Assembly (NCBI RefSeq): GCF_009914755.1 | Contig: NC_060941.1 | DNA: 64,000 nt | DNA from: the human T2T-CHM13v2.0 reference genome, Homo sapiens | Reading direction: 5' to 3' (one strand) | Part shown: positions 1-19,740 of the stretch, piece after piece | How the letters are laid out: the number at the start of each line of letters is the position of its first letter | Numbering within the stretch: the first letter of the stretch is position 1 | Made by a program: the position numbers and the translations under genes | The notes under the pieces: model-generated | Seen by the model: only the letters and a program-made list of their open reading frames with translations | The model's database searches: none | What the model was told of the DNA's origin: nothing

Positions 1-4500
<4,500 letters not shown>

Positions 4501-4682
4501 AGGTGTCATATTTTTAAGCAAAGGTTATTTTGCCTGCTGTTTGGGACTGCCTGTGCTGTTAGGCCTTCCTGCTCCCATGGCTCAGAAGTTGAGCTTTCAT
4601 TTCACATGGGCCCGAAGTTGCTTTCTCTAGGATCAGCCACCCAGACTTGAATCTTCCATCCCCTTGTCTCCTTTCCCCACAG

Positions 4683-4853
4683 GACCCTTTTGGAGAGAAG
4701 CGGGGCCACTTTGACTACCAGTCCCTCTTGATGCGCCTGGGACTGATACGTCAGAAAGTGCTGGAGAGGCTCCATAATGAGAATGCAGAAATGGACTCTG
4801 ATAGCAGTTCATCTGGGACAGAGACAGACCTTCATGGGAGCCTGAGGGTTTAG
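4683..4853 (+). CDS. UBE2Z: UBE2Z last coding exon ([19 protein letters not shown]...DLHGSLRV*)
   Basis: ccccacag|GAC acceptor, frame open to TAG at 4851-4853, recognised UBE2Z C-terminus. Confidence 0.95.
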
Positions 4854-6780
4854 ACCCTGCTCCCATCTCCCCTTCCCCCACTCAAGAGTCCCAGCAGAAT
4901 CCCTTCCCCCCACCCCAGGGATGGAGAGGCACTGTGTATCTCCCTCCAGACTCGAAGTCATCCTGCAAGATGGCAAGAACCAAGCAAGCTCCGATCCCAG
5001 GGTGTGGGAGTGGGGGCCTGTTCCCGGTCTGACCTCCTTGGCACTGGAGCATCTGGGGCTTCGTTCATCCATTCATCCCGTATCAGGGGCCAAGGTACCT
5101 TTACAGGAGCACCTAGAGCGAGGGCCTTTGGCAAAAACAAAACAACCAACACACCTCTCCACAGGGCCAGCTCCTTAGGGATAAGTGGAAGATGGAAATT
5201 GCAATTCCAAGAGGGAGTGTGCCCAAATGATTTATGGGGATACCTGGAAGGGAGCTTGGGGTGGGGGCTGTCTGTGACACTTAAGCAGTCTGGGTGGTTG
5301 TCTATTTGTCTGTCTTCAGTCTTGAAGCAGGGCTTCCCAATGCCCTTTTCCTCCCTGCCTTCCTTCCCCCATTATTTCCCACAGGCCAGCATAATTTTGT
5401 TTTTCCTAATTTATAGTCACTGTTCTAGACAGACCAAAGAGAAGGAACAGTGGTGGAGTCTAGGCTGCTGATCAGTAAGCTTTACCTAGCACCTGAGCAC
5501 CTTTCTCCCCTCCCCTCTTTCCTCACCCTTTTCTAGATGTAAGACAGAAAGTAAATGTGACTGGGACTTAACCAAGGTCTTGGTAAAGCCTGCATGGCAC
5601 CGTAAGAAGCTGAAAATACTGTTTGTTCCCGCAATCACTGATTTGAAAAGTTCCCAACACAGGCAGCTGCTGTGTATATGGGATTAGAGCCACTACATAG
5701 AATAGTCTCTTACAGATTTTCATAAATACTAGTCACAATAAGGGTATTTTTCTTGGGGGTGGAGTAAGGGGGAGACTGATGCTAGTCCTTGTTGTATTTT
5801 GTTGGGCTGTCCTTGTGTATTTTCACCCCAGCCTGTAGTCCTCCTCACTTCAACCCCAGGGATTTTTGGGGAGCAAGGGTAGCCAATGGCAGAGGGGGTT
5901 GGGGCTGGGACTCTGGAGGCTCCTCCCCTTCTTTCTCTTCCTTCCGCCTCCCCCGTGCCCCCAGCTGCTCTTGTCACTGTCTCTGATGGGTATTTGCCTG
6001 GCTTTGTTGCTTCTCTATCTGTATTTAGCTGCAGTGATCCTTTAGCTGGTTGGCTCAGAAAAAAAAAAATGTGCTTTAGGTGCCCTGTAATCCTGGGCAT
6101 CAAGGGAATCCATCCTTCCCCTTTTTGATATGTTCTCCCCGTACTTCCAGATTTATTGTTATGGCTCCCAGTGGGTATTGGCGATTCTTGTGATGCAGGG
6201 CCTCAGTCAGTGTCCAGCCATGCATAAGGGAGAGGATAGTGTGTACCTGCCCTGCCCTCTGCTATGAAGGTCTCTGCCTTGTGGATCATGGGACTCCCCT
6301 TGGAGGATCTGTGCAAAGGGGGGCTGGGCACAAAGGAGAATGTCCTATTTGGGAGGGCAGGAAGCAAAGGAACTGGACAGGGATTGGTGGGCTTGGGGAA
6401 CGGAAGTTTATCTTGGATACCCTTGAAGAGGCTGGGTCTCTTCACATGAAGATCGAAAAGGGACCCTGCTTCCAATTTCCCTCTTCCATTCCTCGAGCTA
6501 CTCCAGGGCTTAGAAGAATGCTCTTGGTCTGTGGGTCCAGTGTTGTCTGTCATCCATTTAAGTGTTCCCACTTTCAAGTGACAATCCTCTCCTTGGCCCT
6601 GCCATAGGGCAGAGCATGTCTGGCATAGCAGCCTGACTTTTATGCCCTAATCTTGAGTTGAGGAAATATATGCACAGGAGTCAAAGAGATGTCTTTATAT
6701 CTGACTGTATATAAATGAAGTTTTTTTGTTTTTTTTTGTTTTCCTTTTTGGTGCAATAAAGTTTGTTTTGGCAGAAGGAG
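4854..6780 (+). other. UBE2Z: UBE2Z 3' UTR (~1.9 kb, free of Alu)
   Basis: Unique sequence between the stop codon and AATAAA at 6755. The exact 3' end is estimated. Confidence 0.8.
6755..6760 (+). terminator. UBE2Z: UBE2Z polyadenylation signal AATAAA
   Basis: Canonical hexamer with upstream UGUA and U-rich tract and GU-rich sequence downstream. Confidence 0.85.
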
Positions 6781-7832
6781 GAAGTGCCTGTGGGTGTGGG
6801 AGGGCTTGTGTAAAGGACGAATGGGATCATCTTGTCAACCACACCTCACCTAGGCCTGGAACTGTTAGGGAGAAGGAAAGTGCCATGAATTGTCTGGAAA
6901 CCGAAGACTTGCATAACATGGTGGAAGGGCAGGGCTGGGTGGGGAGAGCAGGACAAGTTTTCTCATTGGAAATGGGGTCCATGCTCTGGCAGTCAGTGAC
7001 ATCTTAGTTTGAGTGGTTTCCAAAGACAGACCTATTCCAGAGCTTGGAGTGAGCATGTCCTACAAGGATAGGCAGAGGAAGAGATGGGCCCAGGCTATAT
7101 CCTGCTAAAGGAAGGGTCTCAGTATGGAAAAACCATTGAGTTTTCAGATTTCCAGTACTAAACTAGCACTTTTAGGATCTTAGCCTTTAGACCATAAGGA
7201 CTTTGGGAGCCTTAAACAACTCTGGCCTCTTCCCTCATCACCACTTCTACTTGCTATAGGAGATTCTTGCTTTCTGATGCAGAGGCTTTTACTCTTGGCT
7301 GACCATGTGTGTAGAAAAATGTCTACACACAGTATGTGCTGCCATTCTGTACTATGCAGTGATACATGAAAGCATGGGCTCGGGTTAATAGGCCTAGGCA
7401 CCAGCTTTAGCTCGGCTGAAGCTGGCGGCCCCTGGCAAATTACTTTGATTGAATCACCTGTGATGTTGAAGGCTGCCTACTTGGTGAAATTTAAGTGAGC
7501 TGTATGTAAAATGGCACAGGGTAGGTGTTCAGTAAATGACTCCCTTTCCCACTACTGAGGCTAGAGGGACCTGGCAATCACTACAGGAGGGTGAGAAAGC
7601 TAGTAGGGAATTTAAGAAAATAGAACATTCCCTAACTATTGTTTGATTCCCCTCAGATTCCATTGTTTTCTTTCCTCCAATTTAGCCACGATTGGACATT
7701 GACTTCTATTTCCTTCATACTCACAGCTAACTCTGTCATAACCTAGAGCCTCTACAGAGGAAGCCAGAAGAGACTGAAAGTGAATATTATTTACTGGTCC
7801 ATTAGGACCAGCTAGTTTGAGATAAGGAACAT

Positions 7833-7838
7833 TTTATT
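7833..7838 (-). terminator. SNF8: SNF8 distal polyadenylation signal AATAAA
   Basis: tttatt on + strand, about 360 nt past the SNF8 stop codon. Confidence 0.7.
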
Positions 7839-8137
7839 TAAAAGGTTTGAATTAGCATAGGCTGTAATCTATGTCTCACAGCTACAAAGACTAGACAGGC
7901 CAGGAAACAACCCACATTCTAGGCCCAGCTCTTCCATGAACTTGCAGATGACCTACAAAAATCATTTTATATGTGCTTGCCGTTCTCTGTGTTAATCAGA
8001 TTATGCTTACTGAACGAGCGAGGTTTTCCTCCAATAAAAATGCAACGTGAAGGCACTTTTCAAAAATAAAAGAATGAGGGAAGAAAGAAAAACTTGGAAC
8101 TTTTTTTCTATTTTTTGTATAAACAAAATTGCCCAGG

Positions 8138-8143
8138 TTTATT
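8138..8143 (-). terminator. SNF8: SNF8 proximal polyadenylation signal AATAAA
   Basis: tttatt on + strand, about 50 nt past the stop codon. Confidence 0.55.
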
Positions 8144-8194
8144 TGCCACCTCCGCCTCCTCCCTGCCTGCTGCTGTGTGCCCTTCCACATGCAG

Positions 8195-8332
8195 TCAGGG
8201 GAGGGCTTCTCTGGCCTCCTCAGCTGTAATCTCCTGGGAGTAGAGGTCAGTGAAGAGAGCTGGCAGCCAGTAGTGGGCCTCCCCTGGGGCCTGTAAGTCC
8301 AGCCACGCCAACCCTTCCTTCAGCAGGTGTTC
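8195..8332 (-). CDS. SNF8: SNF8 exon 8 (EHLLKEGLAWLDLQAPGEAHYWLPALFTDLYSQEITAEEAREALP*)
   Basis: cag|GAA acceptor, TGA at 8197-8195. The eight exons sum to 258 aa, matching SNF8/EAP30/VPS22. Confidence 0.96.
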   Translation of the reverse strand, partial: EHLLKEGLAWLDLQAPGEAHYWLPALFTDLYSQEITAEEAREALP

Positions 8333-9362
8333 CTGGAGGGAAAAGGGAAGAAGAGCAGTTTGAGAACAGGGAGGTTCCATAGACAAAGGGTAGGTAAGCA
8401 ACCCCCACACCTATTTTGGCTTCAGTGAGGTTTTCAAACTAAATCTACTAAGTGCCTTCAAACCTTTACACAACCAACTAAACGAGCTGTTTGGCCTTGG
8501 CCTTTGCCTGAATTTGAAAAATGCTACGAAGTCATTTAACTTGTGCTGCTGGGGAAGAGGGGTAAAGCCTAGCATAGTGGAATATAGTGGAAAGAACATA
8601 GCTACAGAAATATTTGCTGTGTGGCCTTCAGCAAATCACTGCCTCCATTTTCCCAGAAACTGTTAAACAGAGATCACTGTTTAGCTACCTTTGAATTAAG
8701 TTATTCCGGGTAGCAAACATGATTGACCATACTTATGCAAGAATAGACTCAGTTCCTAGAGCTGGAAATAATATGCTCAAAATGGGTGGTTTCTGTCCAA
8801 TATCATTAGGTAAATAATTATGTTATCCCCATTTTACAGATGAAAGGTTTAGACAGTTGAATTGTTTGGATAAGGAAAAAAGGTACTGAAGCCGGAGTTC
8901 TTACATTGCTCCCTCTTCACATCATTCATTCTTCAGTACGATGAAATTTGTATATATAAAGCTAGAGTATATACTATGCAATATAATGCTTAGTGGATAA
9001 TTAGATATGTAATTAACGTAGTTAATAATTCACTGTACTAACAGTGTTACTTCCAGTACAAACTACATTAATCTCCTGACCAGCAACTCCAGGCTCAGCA
9101 TGTTCAGGAGAGAGAGTGTCAGTTCCCCAAGTAGCAGGGGCAGCCTGGTATTGTGTGCATGCCAGAGTTAGGAACCTGCCTTCCTAGTTCTACCTTTTTG
9201 GTGCCATCTTCAGAGAAGTGCTGGGCTTCCTTCTAGCATGGCAGCAGTAGCCTTCAAGGCAGAAGGCCAGCAAAGCAATGCTGAAGTTCCTGCATTTGTG
9301 GAACCCACATCCTCCCAACTGGGGCCTGCCTGTCTTTTCTGGACTGTTCCAAAGTTGCATAC

Positions 9363-9437
9363 CAGCACTTGCCGCGCTCGCTCGGTCTCCCATTTAAGAC
9401 TGGCTTTGATCTCACTGACAGTCACGTAGCCATTCTT
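9363..9437 (-). CDS. SNF8: SNF8 exon 7 (KNGYVTVSEIKASLKWETERARQVL)
   Basis: cag|AAG acceptor (NAGNAG), CTG|gtatg donor, 75 bp, phase 0-0. Confidence 0.95.
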
Positions 9438-10312
9438 CTGAAGGAAGGAGGAATGGGGATTGAATCAGTTAAGAGTGCACCTTCCCTTAGAACCCAGGAT
9501 CTGCCCAGGAACAAGAGACTTACCCAGACAGGAGGAAAAGCTGTCAAGCATGAGAGAACACAGAAAATGTTTAAAGGTTCCAGCGGGGAGAGAGAGAAGT
9601 GACTTTCAGCATGACAGAGGTAGGTTGGTGGGTTCAATCCTAAAACTGGGGTACCGGCCAGGCACGGCAGCTCATGCCTGTAATCCTAGCACTTTTTGGG
9701 AGGCCGAGGTGGGTGGATCACCTGACGTCAGGAGTTCGAGACCAGCCTGGCCAACATGGTGAAACCCCATCTCTACTAAAAATACAAAAATTAGCCAGGC
9801 ATGGTGGCACACGCCTGTAATCCCAGCTACTCGGGAGGCTGAGGCAGAAGAATCACTGGAACCTGGGAGATGGAGGCTGCAGTGAGCCGGAGATTGCACC
9901 ACTGCACACCAGCCTGGGTGACAGAGTGAGACTCCATCTCAAAAAACAAAAAAGTGGGGTCCCTTGTACTAACATACTGAGTTAGACTTCTGCAAAGCAC
10001 TCTAGAGCATGACAAGGGAAGATTCTGGACAATTAATTGATGGGAAGAAATGATGATAATCATAAACTGCTAATAACCTCCATTATTTAAATATTCAGCC
10101 CTTGCCCTGCCTCATTCTACTCATCCTCCAATACAGAAAAGCCCCTCCCTTATTTAGTTCTGTTTTACGTCATAAAGGAAACTGGGCCGGGTGCGGTGGC
10201 TCACCCCTGTAATCCCAGCACTTAGAGAGGCTAAGGTGGGTGGATCACCTGAGGTCGGGAGTTCGAGACCAAACTCAGGCCTGGCCAACATGGAGAAACC
10301 CCATCTCTACTA

Positions 10313-10534
<222 letters not shown>

Positions 10535-10659
10535 TTAAGGCATGATGAGGGATGGGGGCATGGCAAACAAGATTTTTTAAAATCTGTTTTTGAAGAATCC
10601 ATAAAGTAGTTTCAAAAGACATCAAAGAGTCTGGCTACCCAAAGAAATCTAGTTAGTTG

Positions 10660-10785
10660 TCTGCATGTCTGTCTACCTGACTAGACTGTAAGCTCCTTGA
10701 GAGCAGGAATTTTATCATCTTTATATGCCCCACAGCCTGGCCCAGTGCTTTGCACTGTAGCTGCTCAATAAATGTCTGCTGAACA
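10660..10785 (+). mobile_element. L2 3' end fragment
   Basis: ctagactgtaagctccttgag...gctcaataaatgt..ctgaa. A similar L2 end lies at ~34705-34835. Confidence 0.65.
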
Positions 10786-10924
10786 AGCACAGGCCTGAGT
10801 AGTTCATCCACTGGATAGTCTCAGCAAAAGACCTGCATAATGGGGAGCACGAGCTGAGAACTGCTCCAGACTTGCCTCACAGACTGTCCCTTGCACACAC
10901 ACACACTCGAAGGTGCACCAGTAC

Positions 10925-11066
10925 CTCTGCCAGCTGCAGCACCACGGTGTGATCCATATTGAGCTCAGCTGGAACAGACTGAATGAGGTAAGTGCCGCCC
11001 ACAGGGATGATGCCGAAGCCAGTGCCAAGTGCCTTTAGTTTCTTGATGGCTCTGATCAGGTCATCT
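10925..11066 (-). CDS. SNF8: SNF8 exon 6 (DDLIRAIKKLKALGTGFGIIPVGGTYLIQSVPAELNMDHTVVLQLAE)
   Basis: cag|A acceptor, GAG|gtactg donor, 142 bp, phases match the neighbouring exons. Confidence 0.95.
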
Positions 11067-12213
11067 CTGAGGTAAGGAAGAGTTGCTTAACGACCCTTGG
11101 CAGAATCAGACCTAACAACACAGTTTCAGCTCTGCCCTGGGCAGGATACTGACAGAAAATTTAGAAGACTGCACAACTGCCAGGCGCAATGGCTCATACC
11201 CATAATCGCAACACTTTTGGGATGCCCACATTGAGAAGACTGCTTGAGCCCAGGGGTTAGAGACCAGCCTGGGCAACACAGCAAGACCTTATCTTTACTA
11301 AAAATAAAAAATTAGCAGGGCATGGTGGCAATCGCCTATAATCCTTGGGAGGCTGAGGCAGGAGGATCACTTGAGCCCAGGAGTTCAAGGCTGCAGTGAG
11401 CTGTGATTGTGCACCACTGTACTCCAGCCTGGGTGACAGAGCGAGACCCTGCCTCTAAAATAAAAGGCTGCACAACACTCAACTACGTCAGTAAAAAGAC
11501 AGGGTCAAGGAGCAATAAGTGATGCTTGGACAATCATGGGAGATACACAGGAGTCAGGCTGTCTGCTCAGCGAACCACTCATTCCAACATCCAGACAGCG
11601 GTCAAAGATACACCTGCAGATGCCCATCAGGAAATGTGAATGAGTGAGCTGAAGAGGCAATGGGGGTAGTGTCACCTGTGGCAAACTAGAGAATGCTTAT
11701 CTATTTTAAAGGGGGCAACCCAGCTGACTATTATTGCCAAGTGGCAATTCAAACCCAATACTGCCAAGTTTTCTGATTCTAATTGAAATCAGAGAAAAAG
11801 AAAACCTACAAAACAGTGTGTAGATCACATATCCAGCCCACATACAGAGTTTAAAACCTCTGCCAAAGCTCAAAAAATGTTATCACCCAAACAGCCAGGG
11901 AAAGGGCACTTTTAGGTAGATTGGAATGCATTCTCCAACCCCCAAAGAATAGCAAACTGAAATGCTTCAAATGCTCACCCTCTCTTCATGAAATCTGCAA
12001 TGAGTATGGCTAGTAATCTTTTGTTATCACTTTCCTTTTTTTTTTTTTTAGGAGATGAGGTCTTGGCTGGGCGCGGTGGCTCACGCCTGTAATCCCAGCA
12101 TTTTGGGAGGCCGAGAGTTCGAGACCAGCCTAGCCAACATGGTGAAACCCCATCTCCACTAAAAATACAAGAACTAGCAGGGCGCCAGTGGCAGGTACCT
12201 GTAATCCCAGCTA

Positions 12214-12321
<108 letters not shown>

Positions 12322-13045
12322 TCAAAAAACAAAAAAAAAAAGTAGAGATGACGTCTTGCTCTATATCCCAGGCTGGAGTGCAGTGGTGCAATCATAGCTC
12401 ACTGCAGCCTAGAACAATGAGTGCATGCCTCAACACCCAACTAATTTTATTTTTTGTAGAGACAAGGTCTCACTACACTGCCCAGACTGGTCTCGAACTC
12501 CTGTCCTCAAGCGATCCTCCCACCTCAGCCTCCCAAAGGGCTAGGATTACAGGTGTAAGCTATTGCACCCAGCCTCGTTACTTTTCTTTGAATATTCTAG
12601 GTCTTCAAGATCTCATAGTAGGCTGACTCTTTGGAAGTTACATCAAAAACAGCCTTTTATCTTTTCTCAAACTGGACTCGCACATAGAGGCTGGAGAACT
12701 AGATCAATTTATATTCCATCATCTCACTACTACCTCCTTCCCCAGCCTTTCTAGGCACCTACACTACTCTCCTTGGCCTCAAATAATCTCACGACTATAT
12801 ACAGCCCTGGCCAGCCGTGGTGTCTCACACCTGTAATCCCAGCACTTTGGGAAGCTGAGGCAGGCAGATCACTTGAGGCCAGGAGTTCAAAACCAGCCTG
12901 GCCAACAAGGTGAAACCCCATCACTACTAAAAATACAAAAATTAGCCAGGCGGCCAGGCGCGGTGGCAGACACCTGTAATCCCAGCACTTTGGGAGGCTG
13001 AGGCGGGTGGATCACGAGGTCAGGAGATCGAGACCATCCTGGCTA

Positions 13046-13395
<350 letters not shown>

Positions 13396-13889
13396 TCAAA
13401 GAAAAAAAAGACTATATATAGCCCCAAGTTTGTTAAAAAATAATACATGAAAAAATGCTTAGAAGGAACTACATTAAAATATATAGCAGTTGTAATCTCT
13501 TAATTGAGAAATAATGGTTTTTGTTTCCTTTTTTAAATCTATATTTTCTGTTTTCTAAAAATAGCCAGCCATACTGGCCCATGCCTATAATCCCAACTAC
13601 TTGGGAGGCTGAGGTGGGAGGATTACTTGAGCCCAAGAGTTTGAGGCTGCAGTAAGCAATGATCTTGGTAGCAGTAAGCTGTGATCATGCCACTGTACTC
13701 CAGCCCGGGCAAAAGTGAGACCCTATCTCTTATTTTTTGTTTGTTTTTTGTTTTTTTTTTTTCCTGTATGATATGGAGATCATACAGATTTCTAAGCTAG
13801 CCTAGACATGAGGAATAGGGAGAAAAGAGTTCCATCTGAATTTTAAAGACCTCTTTCTGTACTCCAAGGGATTGGAAGACAAGACCTAC

Positions 13890-13962
13890 TGACTGACATC
13901 CTGGGCGAACTTGCCCCTTCCCTTCAACACCTGTTGATGTAGTTCCTCCAAAGTTATCAGAC
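13890..13962 (-). CDS. SNF8: SNF8 exon 5 (GLITLEELHQQVLKGRGKFAQDVSQ)
   Basis: cag|GT acceptor, CA|gtagg donor, 73 bp, phase 1-2. Confidence 0.95.
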
Positions 13963-14739
13963 CTGTTTGGAGACAGGGAACAGAAATCAGAAAAAGAGAT
14001 TACCCACTTTAAATAAGTTGACAGTCATTACAATTCCAGTGGCCTACAAGTAGCAAATAACATTCTAGTTCCTAATTTTTTTTTAACACTCTCCTTATGA
14101 AATAACTGACCATAATATGAGAAATGGATTCTGAGACCTTGCTAGGCCTGTCAACAGAGAGCTACGAAAATCTAAAAACAAAAGCAGTATCATCTTTGAA
14201 AAACTATAAATGTCCTCTTGACATCAAGGCCGTGTCTATTTATAGTTGATGATGATTTGTAAATGGTTTTAAGTTTTCTTTCTGTAACTTCAATCCACAC
14301 CATTTAACGTGCTTACTAAGAAAGATGGCATCACCAGATGACAAATTTTAAGGTCACATTTTAGGGAACACAGACTCAGTTGGCATTCCCATACGTCGGA
14401 GAGACAGTGCAGGACTATAGTTACTAATGAGAAAATCACTCCAGACACATCAGACATCAGGGGAAAAGGCCTACTTCCTACCTCTCTACTATTTTCTGTA
14501 CTGACTAGGGACTAGACCTTCCTGGCCAAAGATCTTTGGAGAACAGAGACAATCGTTCAGGTAATTCTATTTACCCTTGGCCATGGAGACTTGCCATGGA
14601 TTCAACTGCATGAAACAGCTAAGATGTCTCTCAAGTCCTTAGAGGCCTGTAGACTGCAGGATGGAAACGATAATCTTTTACGGTTTTCTCCCTCTCAGAG
14701 AAGTCCAGAGTCCAGTTCACAGGACCTAGCCACCCTCAC

Positions 14740-14844
14740 CTCCATTCCGATGCTTCAGCGCCAGGCACACTTCGATAATTTGGACACCTAGTTCGTAATA
14801 GAAGTCCCCCACGCCCAGCATCTCAGACCAAAATCCTTTTCCAG
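14740..14844 (-). CDS. SNF8: SNF8 exon 4 ([35 protein letters not shown])
   Basis: tag|CT acceptor, G|gtgag donor, 105 bp. Confidence 0.95.
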
Positions 14845-14905
14845 CTACAAGACAGAAAAACAAAATCTCGGTTATTGATTAATTTACATCCCTTCTTTTC
14901 TTTCA

Positions 14906-15433
<528 letters not shown>

Positions 15434-15539
15434 TCAAGAGATAGAGACCATCCTGGCCAATACAGTGAAACCCTGTCTCTACTAAAAATACAAAAATTAG
15501 CCGGGCGTGGTGGCGCGTGCCTGTAATCTCAGCTACTCA

Positions 15540-15704
<165 letters not shown>

Positions 15705-15922
15705 TCATTTCTATTTGGCTAATTCTGGCTCAGGATACTGAAAAAACGAGTTTCCATTCACAAAGCATGCAGTGAAATATAATGGGAAATATGGTCTAGA
15801 CAAGACTAAGAGAAAGAATATGCAGACTCAGCATTCAAAAATCCACTGAATGTTCTGTGAGTTACCAGGAGTGTAGAAATAAAAAATAAATAAATAAACA
15901 ATCCACTGACGACAATATTCTA

Positions 15923-16254
<332 letters not shown>

Positions 16255-16490
16255 TTATAGAGCAGTAGTAATTATATCATAATCCCATATATGTTTACAA
16301 AGTTGGGGCCACGCCAGGAGCAGTGGCTCACGCCTGTAATCCCAGCACTTTGGGAGGTTGAGAGGGGCAGATCACGAGGTCAGGAGATCAAGACCATCCT
16401 GGCTAACATGCTGAAACCCTGTCTCTACTAATCATACAAAAAATTAGCCGGGCATGGTGGCACATGCCTATAGTCCCAGCTAGCTACTCA

Positions 16491-16842
<352 letters not shown>

Positions 16843-17178
16843 ATGGTGGCACATGCCTATAGTCCCAGCTAGCTACTCAGGAGGCTGAGGCAGGAGAATC
16901 ACTTGAACCCAGGAGAAGGAGGTTGCAGTGAGCCAAGAGTGTCACACCACAGTACTCCAGCATGGGCAACAGAGTGAGACTCTGTCTCAAGAAAAAAAAA
17001 AAAAAAAACACTGGGGCCAGGCACGGTGACTCATGCCTCTAGTCCCAGCTCCACTCGGGAGGTTGAGGCAGGAAAGTAACTTGAGCCCTGGAGTTGAAGG
17101 CTGCAGTGGGCTGATTGCACCAATGCACTCCAGCCTAGGTGACAGAAACCTCAATGCTAAAAAATAATAAATTAGTAA

Positions 17179-17388
<210 letters not shown>

Positions 17389-17579
17389 TAGCCAGGATGG
17401 CCTCATCTCCTGACCTTATGATCTGCCCGCCTCAGCCTCACAAAGTGCTGGGATTACAGGCGTGAGCCACCGCGCCCGGTGAATAATTTTTTTTAAAGTT
17501 TATAAGTATGAGGAAGGGCTCAGTGCAGTGGCTCACATCTATAATCCCAGCACTTTGGAAGGCCAAGAAAGGCCGATCA

Positions 17580-17849
<270 letters not shown>

Positions 17850-18327
17850 TCAACTTCCCAGTCTCAAGCAATCCTCCCACCTTAGCCTCCCGAGTAGCTG
17901 GACTATAGACACATGCCACCACACCTGGCAAATTTTTATACTTTTTGTAGAGATGGAGTCTCGCCATGTTGCCCAGGCTGATCTTTAACTCCTGGATTCA
18001 AGTGATCTGCCTGCCTTGGCCTTGCAAAGTGCTGGGATTACAGGCATGAGCCATTGCACCTGGCCAAAATTAAATATTTTTTAATAAAGAGGGAAAATGC
18101 CATAAAAAATTCTACTGTAGATCATTCAAGGAATGATCACAGACACTGGCTACTCAGCCTATAGTCGGTCTATCTTCCATATCAGACTGGGAACTAGCCA
18201 TCCTGCTAGGTACTCCCTAAAGACGACACCCTTGGCCAGGCGCAGTGGCTCATGCAGGTAATCCCAGCACTTTGGGAGGCCGAGGCGGGCGGATCACGAG
18301 GTCAGGATATCAAGACCATCCTGGCTA

Positions 18328-18552
<225 letters not shown>

Positions 18553-18648
18553 CTAGTGGATGCCCCAACAGTGGTAACAACAACTATGTGAGCTTCTGTT
18601 CCTCAGGTACTCTATAAGAACGCTGGACCCCTACAGACAACTTCTTAC

Positions 18649-18787
18649 AGGCCAGCGGATCCACGCCAATGGTTGCACACATGTCCTGGAACTGCACACG
18701 GAACTCAGGATTCTTCCGGATCTCCTGCTTGTGTTTGCTGGCAAATTCCTCCAGGTTGGTCTTGAACATGTCCAACTGCTTTGACAT
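18649..18787 (-). CDS. SNF8: SNF8 exon 3 (MSKQLDMFKTNLEEFASKHKQEIRKNPEFRVQFQDMCATIGVDPLA)
   Basis: cag|ATG acceptor, T|gtaag donor, 139 bp. Conserved Vps22 motif F..MC..IGVDPL. Confidence 0.96.
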
Positions 18788-19374
18788 CTGTTGGATGGAC
18801 AGGGAGTGGTGAAGGGCAGCCCAGCCAAATGATAATCAGATGCCAAAAACAGGTCCCCAGCCCTGTGGCAGGGCAAAGGCTGAAATAACCAGTCTCCCTC
18901 AGCCTACCATTATGCTGTTTACCATCTCTCTTTTTATCCCTGCCTCTCCTTCACAGTTCTGTTGTCAGCAGAAATGGGATGCTGTACTGTTTTCTCACTT
19001 CCAAAATACACAATTTTTCATGTATTCCTCTTCTAAAATCAGCATGCATTTAATAATCAAGGTGCACATATATACAACCAAATATATGCACAAAAAAAGA
19101 AAAAGGTATATATATAATGTGGTATTCCTTTTCTTTTTCCCAGAAAAACGTATTAATTTGAAGATGTACCTAATAATTCATCATATCTTAGAAATGAGGG
19201 AATGCAGTGTTCACCCATTAGAAAATCTTTACCCCCCCCAGCCGACAGAAAGGCTGGATGGGAAAAAGTGAAGCGTCACATGAATCTGTTTATAACCTTT
19301 GAGTCTGGCCAGGAATGGTGGCTCACACCTGTAATCCCACAACGGATCACTTGAGCCCAGGAGCTCAAGATTAG

Positions 19375-19740
<366 letters not shown>

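Noticed and set aside
4921-6607. ORFs on both strands in the UBE2Z 3' UTR
   Set aside because: They lie after the stop codon, are low in complexity, and resemble no known protein family.
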